Notes: a model not told the origin generated them from the sequence alone. 64,000 bases of DNA from an uncultured Clostridia bacterium (GCA_947628205.1 CANQYX010000001.1:4380-68379), one strand, 5' to 3'; shown: positions 9,886 through 19,015, numbered from the stretch's first letter. Numbers and translations are program-made.

Positions 9886-12800
9886 ACATCTGTGTCCTTT
9901 TAATTAAAACATCTTTATATTCTTCGGATAAATCGTTGAAATACGCGCTAAAGCCCCACACGCGCACAATTAAATTAGGGTATTTTGTTGGGTCATTTTT
10001 GGCTTCAATCAGCTGTTTGCTGCTAACTACGTTTGCTTGCAACTGATAAAACCCTTTGTTAATGGCAACTTCAAACAATTTAACAAATTTGCTTAAATTT
10101 TCGTTTATCAATTCTGGCGTGGTGGAAAAATCTATAACATTGCCATTTAAAATTGGCTGATTATAATTCAACTTGCAAGCAAAATTAATAAGCTCGGTGT
10201 AGGCAATAGGTTTTGAACTTGAAATGTGAACATTGTAAGGTTCTTTGTCCTGCCTGCCATCCAAACTTGCGCCCACGTTTTTCGATTCGGTTATATACGC
10301 AGGTGAGCTAAACCCTGTTTTAAATTTTCTTGTGTGAGTTTTGTTATACTCTTTTAAATGGTCGCCCGCCATGTTGATAAGCGTGTTTGTAAGCGCAACA
10401 ACAAAATTGTCATCCTCGCCAAATTTTAAATTGTTGTTTTTTAATTCGTTCAAAAAGTTTGCGTCGTTCAATTTTGCGTTCATCTCTTCTAGGGTATATT
10501 TCTTTTGCGTGAACACATAATTGTTAACATTTATAAGCGCATTAACCGCATTTGAGATTCCCACGGTTAAAATTCCAAAATTGTTATATTTTGCATTTAC
10601 AAAATTATCGTTTTTGTTTTCATTAACAAAAAATGCTATGCATGGGTCGCGTTTTATAATAACAGCCTCTGCTTTAGAAATTTTTTCGTTTAGCATTTCA
10701 ATTAAATTGTCTTTAAAACCAGTTAACACTTCATCAAAAGAGGAGTATGTTGTGCGTTGCAAAGTTTTATTAAGAATTTTAACATAATCTAGCGTGTCAA
10801 AATTGTTAAATTCGGTGGCTTCGCCAAGCGGAGTAACTTCCCAGCAAGCGGCGGTGGCGTAGTTGTACGCGCCCTGCTCGTCGTAGCCAAAATCTATCAT
10901 GTTTTTAATTATAACATCATCATTTGAAAGCAGCGGCGAACCTGTGCCCTTTGCCATCATTTTGGTGGCGAACTCTAACAAATCTTTTGGCATGTTTTGG
11001 CTAACTCGCAAAAGAATTTTAGGGTCAGGCAGCGAAAGCGACACAAGTGAATCTAAAATTAAATATGTTAGGTCGTTGCAAAAATAACTTCCGTCAATTT
11101 GTTTGCCGCCCAAAATTATAATTTGCCCAGTGTCGCCCAAAATGTCCTGACTTTTATAGGCATAATTTTCGTGCAAGATTGTAAAAAATTCTTGCAACAA
11201 TTCTTTGGCTTGGGTTTTATTTATTTTTTGCTTGTCAATGTCGTTAACATAAAATTTGTCAAGCATAACATCAAGCCGCCCCAAGCCCATTAATCTATGT
11301 CTTGTTTGCCAAACAATTTGGTTTGCAAAAAGCGTGCGTTGCAAGGCATCGGCAAAACTTGTGGCTGCACTATTCTGCATTAGTTCAAAAAATTCTTTTG
11401 CTGGATTATTTTCCAGCGCGCAAAGTTTTTTGCTTTCTTGCAAAAGCAAATTTACAAAATCATTATTAGGATATTTATTATGAAGTTCGGCAAGCGAATT
11501 GTTAACAACAAGCGAATAGTCAATTGGCATGTTTGTTGGCAACATTTCATTTTTATTTTCGGTGCAATATCTCATGGTGTCAATGTGATAATAAAAATGT
11601 TTATAATTTTTTGTTGGATAATTAATGTTATAGTTTTTGTATGTAGAGTTATCTAAATATTTAAGCTTAAAATAGTATTTAATGTAGTTAGAAATAAACC
11701 CACCTTTAAGTGTTCCATTTTTAACATAACTTTTTACAACCACTGCCTTTTGATAAGGTTTTGTGTGTCGCAACAATTTTTTCAATTTTTCTTTAAACAT
11801 ATTCACTCCTTTAAAATTTAAAACTTTTTTAATCATTTGAATTAAAAATTGGTCCTTTAACACAAGCAACAGAACAAAATATATTGCTGCGCCCAAAACA
11901 ATTAACAAAACGGTGTTTAAAATGGTTGGAGCAAGGTTTAACGCGAGTGCCAAAACCACAACAAACATTACAAGGGAAGCAATTAAAAATTTCCAACAAC
12001 TTTTAAATATCTTAATAATTGAAAACTCTTTTCTTAAATAAATAACCTGATATGCCAATATGCTTGTTTCGGCAATTATTGTGGCCACCGCAGCACCAAT
12101 CGCCCCAAAGAAAGGAATTGTTATAACATTTAAAATTAAGTTGCACACTGCGCCAATAACTACAGATATTGTAAAAATTTTTTCTTTGTTTGTTGGAATT
12201 AAATATTGTATCCCAAAAACATTATTAAGGCCAATTGAAAATATTAGCACGCTTAAAATGCAAATTATATTTATGCATGGCATATAGCCCGAACCAAAAA
12301 ACCAAGGGACAAAACTTCTGGCTGTGGCCATCAACCCAAACATAATTGGCAGGCCAATAAAAAGCGAAAATTTAATAGCGGTTTCTACATTGCTGTTTAG
12401 TTTTTTATAATCCTTTTTAGCGTAATATTTGGCATTGTTTGGAATCATAACTGCGCTTAGCGAAGTTACAATTGTCATGGCAATTTTAACCACTTTTTCT
12501 GCCTGCTCGTAATAGCCAACCTGCGCATCGGTTGAAAGGAAACCAATTAAAATTTTATCTAAAAGACCATAGATTGAAATGGCAATTGTTGGGATAAAAA
12601 GTTTTAACGCGGGGAAAAAATGCCTTTTTATATTCAACTTTTTAAAATCAACTTTGGATAAATATTTAGGAATAAACAAAAACATTATTACGTTTGGCAA
12701 AATTAGTGCAAGTGCTTGAATTAGCGCGTATAGCCACAAATCGTTATAAGATTTAACAAAAACAAAAATGGATATAATTGCCAAAACTCTTGTTAAAATG

Positions 12801-13246
12801 TTTATTAGAACAAGCTTTTTAAAATCTTCATGACCCTGAAAGAGATATGCAATGTCCAACCCCGTTGCCGCGATGTTGATTAGCATAATCGTCAAAATTG
12901 TGTTGTATCTGGATAGCAACTGGCTGGCAACCAACACGCCAAACACCAATAAGCTTATGGATGTTGTTATTAATTTTAAAAAGAAAATTTCCCAAAATAT
13001 TTGCGATTGTTTTTCCTTATCGCCTGAATGGGCGGCAATTTCTCGCTGCGCATAATAAGAAAACCCAAATGCGGCAAACAATGTAAAGAATGTTACAACG
13101 GATAAAGAAAATGTATATTTCCCAATCCCCTCGGCAAGCAACACGCGCGAAACATAAGGGGTTACAATAAGCGGAATAATTAGCAAAAAAACCTGATAAA
13201 TCAGATTATAAAGGTAATTTTTTTTTACACTTTTTTGTTTTTCCAT
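9866..13246 (-). CDS. single 1126-aa ORF: N-terminal Wzx/MOP-family flippase (about 13246-11801) joined to a C-terminal 644-aa glycyl radical enzyme (11800-9866)
   Basis: N-terminus is polytopic with YLYNLIYQV...PYVSRVLLAEGIGKY, typical of Polysacc_synt flippases. C-terminus has the Gly-radical motif RVWGFSAYF (9938-9964), Cys loop TAACWEV (Cys codon 10844-10846) and GTGSPLLSNDD. An internal RBS+ATG sits at 11800. Confidence 0.8.
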   Translation of the reverse strand: MEKQKSVKKNYLYNLIYQVFLLIIPLIVTPYVSRVLLAEGIGKYTFSLSVVTFFTLFAAFGFSYYAQREIAAHSGDKEKQSQIFWEIFFLKLITTSISLLVFGVLVASQLLSRYNTILTIMLINIAATGLDIAYLFQGHEDFKKLVLINILTRVLAIISIFVFVKSYNDLWLYALIQALALILPNVIMFLFIPKYLSKVDFKKLNIKRHFFPALKLFIPTIAISIYGLLDKILIGFLSTDAQVGYYEQAEKVVKIAMTIVTSLSAVMIPNNAKYYAKKDYKKLNSNVETAIKFSLFIGLPIMFGLMATARSFVPWFFGSGYMPCINIICILSVLIFSIGLNNVFGIQYLIPTNKEKIFTISVVIGAVCNLILNVITIPFFGAIGAAVATIIAETSILAYQVIYLRKEFSIIKIFKSCWKFLIASLVMFVVVLALALNLAPTILNTVLLIVLGAAIYFVLLLVLKDQFLIQMIKKVLNFKGVNMFKEKLKKLLRHTKPYQKAVVVKSYVKNGTLKGGFISNYIKYYFKLKYLDNSTYKNYNINYPTKNYKHFYYHIDTMRYCTENKNEMLPTNMPIDYSLVVNNSLAELHNKYPNNDFVNLLLQESKKLCALENNPAKEFFELMQNSAATSFADALQRTLFANQIVWQTRHRLMGLGRLDVMLDKFYVNDIDKQKINKTQAKELLQEFFTILHENYAYKSQDILGDTGQIIILGGKQIDGSYFCNDLTYLILDSLVSLSLPDPKILLRVSQNMPKDLLEFATKMMAKGTGSPLLSNDDVIIKNMIDFGYDEQGAYNYATAACWEVTPLGEATEFNNFDTLDYVKILNKTLQRTTYSSFDEVLTGFKDNLIEMLNEKISKAEAVIIKRDPCIAFFVNENKNDNFVNAKYNNFGILTVGISNAVNALINVNNYVFTQKKYTLEEMNAKLNDANFLNELKNNNLKFGEDDNFVVALTNTLINMAGDHLKEYNKTHTRKFKTGFSSPAYITESKNVGASLDGRQDKEPYNVHISSSKPIAYTELINFACKLNYNQPILNGNVIDFSTTPELINENLSKFVKLFEVAINKGFYQLQANVVSSKQLIEAKNDPTKYPNLIVRVWGFSAYFNDLSEEYKDVLIKRTQMYESANK

Positions 13247-13428
13247 AATCCACTCTTATGTAATAAAAATATATTAATTTCTATCTAAACAACTATTTAA
13301 AAAATGTGCACATATTTCGGTGCACATTTAATATTTTTTAGTTTTAAAGCCATTTATATTGATACACCAAATACTTCAATTCTTTCAGATTAAAAAAGAA
13401 GAACACAATAGTGTTCTCCAATTTTATT

Positions 13429-13505
13429 TGGTGCACCCAGAGGGATTTGAACCCCCGGCCTTTGGTTCCGTAGACCAACGCTCTATCCAGCTGAGCTATG
13501 AGTGC
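13429..13505 (-). tRNA. tRNA-Arg (anticodon ACG), CCA encoded
   Basis: The reverse complement folds as a cloverleaf: acceptor GCACTCA/TGGGTGC, D stem GCTC/GAGC, anticodon stem TTGGT/ACCAA with loop CTACGGA, T arm GGGGG-TTCAAAT-CCCTC. Confidence 0.9.
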
Positions 13506-13578
13506 ATACAAACAACTATTGCTTGTATATTATAGCAAACATTAAACAAAAAGTAAATAGTTTTTTTAAAATTTTCAA

Positions 13579-15630
13579 TTAAATTTTAATATTAACTAAA
13601 GTTGATGGCTTCTTTTTCCTTTTTTTGGCACAAAGTTCAATAGGCAAACTACAAATTAAAACAAGCAAAAACGCACCAACGCCAATAATTGATGTTATGT
13701 TGGATATTTTTACATATTTTGGGTTAAATTCCACAACCAATTTGCCCGAATTAGAAATCTCAATTTCAATAAAGCCATTTTCGTTAGCCATGGGAGTTAA
13801 ATTTTGAACTTTGCCATCCGATGTTTCATATTTCAAGCTATACCCTTTATAGAAAAGTGTTGGCAATTCAATTTTTGCGCCGTCAGTTTCAAATTCAACC
13901 GAGTAGGATGATGCGTTTTTCTTAACAAAATTATGTGCCTTGGCTTGCCCGTTTTTTACAATAAACTCAAAAGGATTGTCTATTAAATAATTTTTTAATG
14001 TTTCGTCATAGGCAATTGTAATTTTGCTTTCGCCTTTAAAGTCAGCCAACAAAATTTTTAGGCATAAATTTTCTTCATTTGCTTCAATTTCTAAATTTTT
14101 GCATTCAATATCGGTAGAAAATTGATAAAATTTGCAATTTTTTGCCTGTTCATAAGGCAAATTAATTGTTACATAACTGTTTTTTGTATTTTTTACAATA
14201 AATGAAATTTGGTTTAAACTAAAATAATTTGCAAATTCTTTAACCTCTATGTTTGAATCTAAAATCATGCTTTCGTTTGCTCGGTGGAATATGTATTTTT
14301 GCGTGCTTTGCTTAGGAGTGTAATTCAACTTTTTGTGGGAGCCAATGCCATAATTGTCGCTCTGATTGGAAATGGCATTTTCATACATGCTTGTTTTAAC
14401 CGAGGTGTTGGCAAACCAAAAGCCGGTGTTGCTATGCGCTGAAACCGAGTTTAGCACAAACGAACAGGCAGAAAGGGTGGCAATTAAAGCAATTTGCACC
14501 GCGCAAGATTTAAACCCGTGTTTAAAAATTAAATAGGCAAGCGAAATGTAAACAAAAACTGAATTAACTGCAAACAAACGCCAAACATATTGAATTATTC
14601 CAACAAAATTTGGCAACAAAAACCACGGGAAAAAGAATGTGGACATAATAAACGACACATTTAAAAGCACAAATAAACATTTTGCATTTTTATCGTTTTC
14701 TCCGCGATAAAACCTTAACTGTTTGCCCAAACTTACAATTGCAATTAAGCTTATAACCGAACTAAATAACAGCCAAGGAAGCACAAAACACCACACGCCA
14801 TTAAAACTTAAAAATGCCGAAGTGTAACTCATGCTTTCGCTGTTAGAATTTTTTAAATTTACCACCATAGGCAGATAAAAACATGCGGTTATTGCCAAAA
14901 TTAAAACAGAAGAAATTATAAGAAAGAAAATCTTTTTTTCTTTAAACATTTCTTTAAAATGAAAGCACAGAAAAATCAAAACAAAAATTGTAGAATAAAC
15001 TGCCATGGTTAAATGGCACAAAATTGCAATTGAATAGCCCGTTGTAAACAAAAACAGAAACAGCGTTTTATTGTTAGAGATAAACAATTCGCACAGCCCC
15101 CAAAAAATGAGCGGAAGGGCAAGTGACAAAAATATTTCACTAAAAGAAAATCTAACATAAAATTGATTTAATATGTATGGTGTGCATTGATACAACAGCG
15201 CGCACACAAGAGCAAGGTTACTTTTTTTAAACAACCGCTTTATTAGGCAGAACATAACAATGCCATTTAACGAAAACAAAATAATCATTTCCAAAGCAAT
15301 TGCGCCCGTCATGTTTAGATGCAGCAAATTCATAAAAATAACAGCAATTGCGCTTGGAATGGCGGAATAAAACATAGAGTTTGCATAGCCATAATCTTGG
15401 GCGGCCAAATTGTTTATTTTAGAAAGAAAATTTCCATTTTTCCACGCATCGTTAAACGAGCGAATCATGGATAAATGATATTCAATATCGTGCCCAGAAT
15501 GAACTTTGGATGTTAAAAATGGCAACACTAACACAACTGAAAAAACAACAAAACTTAAAATGCTTAAAATTTTTGTTGCATTAAATTTCTTTTTTTCTGT
15601 TGTTAGCGATGCCAAATTTAACTCTTTCAT
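13579..15630 (-). CDS. large polytopic GT-C-like membrane protein (resembles the COG5617 'PTPS-related'/YfhO-type glycosyltransferases) with an extracytoplasmic C-terminal domain and terminal TM anchor
   Basis: N-terminal SGHDIEYHLSMIRSF...GYANSMFYSAIP block and more than 10 helices. I prefer the ATG at 15630 (RBS aaggaaaaa) over the TTG at 15654. Confidence 0.6.
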   Translation of the reverse strand: MKELNLASLTTEKKKFNATKILSILSFVVFSVVLVLPFLTSKVHSGHDIEYHLSMIRSFNDAWKNGNFLSKINNLAAQDYGYANSMFYSAIPSAIAVIFMNLLHLNMTGAIALEMIILFSLNGIVMFCLIKRLFKKSNLALVCALLYQCTPYILNQFYVRFSFSEIFLSLALPLIFWGLCELFISNNKTLFLFLFTTGYSIAILCHLTMAVYSTIFVLIFLCFHFKEMFKEKKIFFLIISSVLILAITACFYLPMVVNLKNSNSESMSYTSAFLSFNGVWCFVLPWLLFSSVISLIAIVSLGKQLRFYRGENDKNAKCLFVLLNVSFIMSTFFFPWFLLPNFVGIIQYVWRLFAVNSVFVYISLAYLIFKHGFKSCAVQIALIATLSACSFVLNSVSAHSNTGFWFANTSVKTSMYENAISNQSDNYGIGSHKKLNYTPKQSTQKYIFHRANESMILDSNIEVKEFANYFSLNQISFIVKNTKNSYVTINLPYEQAKNCKFYQFSTDIECKNLEIEANEENLCLKILLADFKGESKITIAYDETLKNYLIDNPFEFIVKNGQAKAHNFVKKNASSYSVEFETDGAKIELPTLFYKGYSLKYETSDGKVQNLTPMANENGFIEIEISNSGKLVVEFNPKYVKISNITSIIGVGAFLLVLICSLPIELCAKKRKKKPSTLVNIKI

Positions 15631-15650
15631 TTTTTCCTTTTGTAAATTTA

Positions 15651-16277
15651 TCAATTTTGGTTAGGCTGATTTTTATCTTTTTTAAAAAGCAACAACTTTT
15701 TTGAAATGTAGTTATATACAAGAACGATTAGTGTCATAACAATTTTTACAACCCATTGATTAATGTTTAAAACATCATAACCTAAATACATTCCGCCCAC
15801 ATTTAACAAAAGGCCAATAACGCTTAAAACCGTGAACACAATAAACCCTTTTGTGGATTTACTTTTGCCCTTTTCGTTAAACACAAACAAAATTGAAAGT
15901 ATATAATTAAAAATTAACCCTACTGTAAAGCCAACCGCTGTTCCAACAACCGTTGCAGCGGTCGAAGGGTTTGGCGTGTTGATGAACACATTTAAAAAAC
16001 TTTGATATATATTTTTTTGCATGAAATACATGGTAACGCCCATAAAGAACATATCAATAAGCGTTGCCAGCCCGCCAACAATTATAAAGCGCAAAATCTC
16101 GCCAAAAGTTTTGTGGTGGCTGAAAAATTCTTTTGTTTTTTCAATCAGTTTTCTTTTGGTGTTACGCGGTGTTATTAAAACGATTGCAACAAAAATTACG
16201 CCCAGCAACAAAACCGCTATTGCAAAATATTTTAAAACCTCTTTAACAACCGAATCAGATAAAAGTAAATTAGTCAT
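15651..16277 (-). CDS. GtrA-family membrane protein (polyprenyl-phosphate-sugar translocation family)
   Basis: ILRFIIVGGLATLIDMFFM... with four helices. The ATG at 16277 is preceded by AGGAGA. Confidence 0.8.
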   Translation of the reverse strand: MTNLLLSDSVVKEVLKYFAIAVLLLGVIFVAIVLITPRNTKRKLIEKTKEFFSHHKTFGEILRFIIVGGLATLIDMFFMGVTMYFMQKNIYQSFLNVFINTPNPSTAATVVGTAVGFTVGLIFNYILSILFVFNEKGKSKSTKGFIVFTVLSVIGLLLNVGGMYLGYDVLNINQWVVKIVMTLIVLVYNYISKKLLLFKKDKNQPNQN

Positions 16278-16310
16278 TTTTCTCCTGTAAATCAATAAAA
16301 TTTAAACGAA

Positions 16311-16943
16311 TTAAATTTTTTTCTTATCAACAAAATGTTTAATAATTTCATAAACGATAATAACCGCAACAATTGCCAAAAAAATCCAAAGCAAATAGTT
16401 ATTAAGCCACGGGAAAAACTCTAAAATAAGCGCAATTAAACACCCCGCAACAATATTTCCAGTTATAACACTCACGCAACTAGACAAATAATCTAGCCCC
16501 AAAAACACCGCTACGCAACTGCCTGTCCAAACCCCAGTTAAAGGAAGCGGAATTGCAACAAATATAAACACTGCAAAAAATTTTTTCCAATATTCAGCCG
16601 AAAATCTCGCAGTTTTTTGTCCGCTATCCGAAATTCCGTTAGCCTTGTTTTTTATGCGATTTTCAATTGCATTTGCCAATTTGCCAAATAGTTTTGTTCG
16701 CTTTAACCATGTTATTATAGGCACAAAAATTAGCGCAACAATAGGCACAATTAGCGAGCTGCCCAGCAAACTCCAGCCCAATGCCTGCCAATTAGAAATG
16801 GCCAAATTCCCCCACAAAGTTGAATTGGTTGCAAACGGAATTGCGCCGCGAAGTTCAACAATTGGCACCATGGCAATTAACACCGTTGCAAGCGCGATGT
16901 TGCCGTCAAACATTTTTACAAAAAGGTCCGAAATAAATTCCAT
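16311..16943 (-). CDS. COG2426 / 'small multidrug export'-like membrane protein
   Basis: VELRGAIPFA motif and a small polytopic architecture. Confidence 0.55.
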   Translation of the reverse strand: MEFISDLFVKMFDGNIALATVLIAMVPIVELRGAIPFATNSTLWGNLAISNWQALGWSLLGSSLIVPIVALIFVPIITWLKRTKLFGKLANAIENRIKNKANGISDSGQKTARFSAEYWKKFFAVFIFVAIPLPLTGVWTGSCVAVFLGLDYLSSCVSVITGNIVAGCLIALILEFFPWLNNYLLWIFLAIVAVIIVYEIIKHFVDKKKI

Positions 16944-16944
16944 A

Positions 16945-17877
16945 TTAATTTTCCACGTTCACTTTTTCTGCAACAATATAGCGCGGCCTATTTTGAACTT
17001 CTTGATATATCCTTCTAATATATATGTTGTTGAAACCCATAATAGAGAACAAAAACGCGAAGCAACAAGTTATTGTTGGGAACAACCACGCGGCAAGCGG
17101 CAAATAATGCCCGTTAATTGCCATAATAATAAATGTGGTAAAGCCAACCGTGCTAACCAAACTAAACAGAATGCCCGCAATTGCAGCAAGTGAAAGTGGG
17201 AAGGTGGACATCGAAACTATGCTGCGCCCCGCCAATTTTACAAGTTTTTTAACCGAATATTTGGTCTCTCCCGCCGCGCGCTCGTTTCTTTCAAAATCAA
17301 CAAAACCCTGCTTATAACCAACCCATGCGCTAACGCCACGCAAATATCTATCCTGTTCTGGCATAGAGTTTAGTGTGTCAACCACTTTTCTGTCCATCAA
17401 CTTGAACTCCCCAACATTTGCAGGAATGTCCAATTTAGTTATTCTCTTTAAGAAAAACAAATAAATTTTGGAAGTGATTTTTTTAAACCAGTTTTCGCCC
17501 TTCCTAACTGTTCGCCTGCCGTGGACGATGTCATACCCTTGTTTCCACTTTTCAATCATTTTAGGCACAACCTCAACCGGATCTTGTAAATCCACATCCA
17601 TACAAATAACAGCCTCGCCAACCGCATTTTCCAAACCACAAAAAATTGCGGCTTGTTGGCCAAAATTTCGCGAAAACGAAACTAATTTAATCGATTTATC
17701 AATTTCAGCAATTTTTTTAATTATTTCAACCGTTCGATCTCTACTACCATCATTAACAAAAACAACCTCATAAGGTTCGTTTAAAGATTTCATTGTCTTT
17801 GTAACTGCCTTATAAAAAATAGGAATGGCCTGTTCCTCGTTATACACGGGAACGACAATTGAATATTTAGCTTTCAT
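16945..17877 (-). CDS. GT2 polyprenyl-phosphate glycosyltransferase (GtrB/CsbB/ArnC-like)
   Basis: YSIVVPVYNEE...VVFVNDGSRDRT...DVDLQDP plus two C-terminal TM helices. RBS AGGAGA. Confidence 0.9.
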   Translation of the reverse strand: MKAKYSIVVPVYNEEQAIPIFYKAVTKTMKSLNEPYEVVFVNDGSRDRTVEIIKKIAEIDKSIKLVSFSRNFGQQAAIFCGLENAVGEAVICMDVDLQDPVEVVPKMIEKWKQGYDIVHGRRTVRKGENWFKKITSKIYLFFLKRITKLDIPANVGEFKLMDRKVVDTLNSMPEQDRYLRGVSAWVGYKQGFVDFERNERAAGETKYSVKKLVKLAGRSIVSMSTFPLSLAAIAGILFSLVSTVGFTTFIIMAINGHYLPLAAWLFPTITCCFAFLFSIMGFNNIYIRRIYQEVQNRPRYIVAEKVNVEN

Positions 17878-18092
17878 ATTTATCTCCTGTTATATATTAA
17901 CAGATATTAAAAAAAATGTCAACCATCGCACAGATTTTTACAACTAATTGGCTAAAAATTTTAAAAGTAAGGGCAAATTTTTTAAAAATCTTGCAATTTT
18001 GGCCGATTTTTTCAAATTTTTTAAAATTTTTCGTTAATCTATTGCAAAAAAAATAAAAAAGTTTTATTATGTTAACAAGGAGATTTTTAATT

Positions 18093-18854
18093 ATGGGTAA
18101 AATTATTTCTGTAACAAACCAAAAAGGCGGAGTTGGCAAAACAACCACTTGCTTTAACTTGGCAGCTTATCTGGCAGATGGTGGCAAAAAAGTTTTAGTT
18201 ATTGATATGGACCCACAAGGCAACGCCAGCACCAGTTTGGGGGTAGACGCAGATAAAGACACCAACACAATATATGACGCGCTACTTGGTGATGTTGAGT
18301 TAAGCGAGGCAATCTATCCGTCTTGTGTTAAGAATTTGGACACCATTCCTTCAACAGAAGAACTTGCCGATGCGGAAGTCAACCTTGTTTATGTGGACAA
18401 TAGAGAAAAAGTTTTAAAAGCCCAGTTGGACAAAATTAAAGCGAATTATGATTACATATTTATAGATTGCCCACCATCCTTAGGCCTTTTAACGGTAAAT
18501 GCCCTAACCGCCAGCGACACAATAATAGTTCCAATTCAATGTGAATTTTTCGCTTTGGTGGGTTTAAGCCAGCTCATGAACACTGTCCGTTTAATCAAAA
18601 AGAGTTTAAATCCCACTATTGAAATTGAAGGGGTTTTATTAACAATGAAGGACAACCGTAGCAATTTAGTTGCCCAAGTTAGTGAAGAAATTAAAAAATA
18701 TTTTAAAACCAAAGTTTACGAAACCACTATTCCAAGAAATATTCGCCTAGCAGAAAGTCCAAGCCACGGCAAGCCAATTTTGTTATATGACAATAAAAGC
18801 AAGGGTGCGAGGGCATATCAGGACCTTTGTGCTGAATTTTTAAAGAAACAGTAA
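18093..18854 (+). CDS. soj: chromosome partitioning ATPase ParA/Soj
   Basis: GKIISVTNQKGGVGKTTT (deviant Walker A), VIDMDPQGN, IFIDCPPSLG. The ATG at 18093 follows AAGGAG. Confidence 0.93.
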   Translation: MGKIISVTNQKGGVGKTTTCFNLAAYLADGGKKVLVIDMDPQGNASTSLGVDADKDTNTIYDALLGDVELSEAIYPSCVKNLDTIPSTEELADAEVNLVYVDNREKVLKAQLDKIKANYDYIFIDCPPSLGLLTVNALTASDTIIVPIQCEFFALVGLSQLMNTVRLIKKSLNPTIEIEGVLLTMKDNRSNLVAQVSEEIKKYFKTKVYETTIPRNIRLAESPSHGKPILLYDNKSKGARAYQDLCAEFLKKQ

Positions 18855-18878
18855 ACCCATCTTAACCCTTCAAATAAA

Positions 18879-18894
18879 TGTTCCACGTGGAACA
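18879..18894. promoter_or_regulatory. parS site 1 (perfect palindrome TGTTCCACGTGGAACA)
   Basis: Read directly. It matches the Firmicutes parS consensus TGTTNCACGTGAAACA and sits inside a longer palindrome at 18873-18900. Confidence 0.85.
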
Positions 18895-18916
18895 TTTATT
18901 TTTTATTGTGTTAAAT

Positions 18917-18932
18917 TGTTCCACGTGGAACA
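18917..18932. promoter_or_regulatory. parS site 2 (TGTTCCACGTGGAACA)
   Basis: Read directly. Confidence 0.85.
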
Positions 18933-18953
18933 ATTTAAAATTTTAAAATTTTC

Positions 18954-18982
18954 TTGACATCAATAAAAAAATATATTAGAAT
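18954..18982 (+). promoter_or_regulatory. sigma-70-type promoter for parB
   Basis: TTGACA (18954-18959), 17-nt spacer, TAGAAT (18977-18982). Confidence 0.6.
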
Positions 18983-18987
18983 AAAAA

Positions 18988-19003
18988 TGTTCCACGTGGA
19001 ACA
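18988..19003. promoter_or_regulatory. parS site 3 (TGTTCCACGTGGAACA), at the predicted parB transcript start
   Basis: Read directly. It begins 6 nt after the -10 box. Confidence 0.85.
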
Positions 19004-19015
19004 ATGGGAGGAAAA

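Noticed and set aside
17897-18148. The 83-aa minus-strand ORF between the GT2 gene and parA.
   Set aside because: It overlaps the parA start and RBS, is AT-rich low-complexity sequence, and has no RBS. It is most likely promoter/leader DNA.
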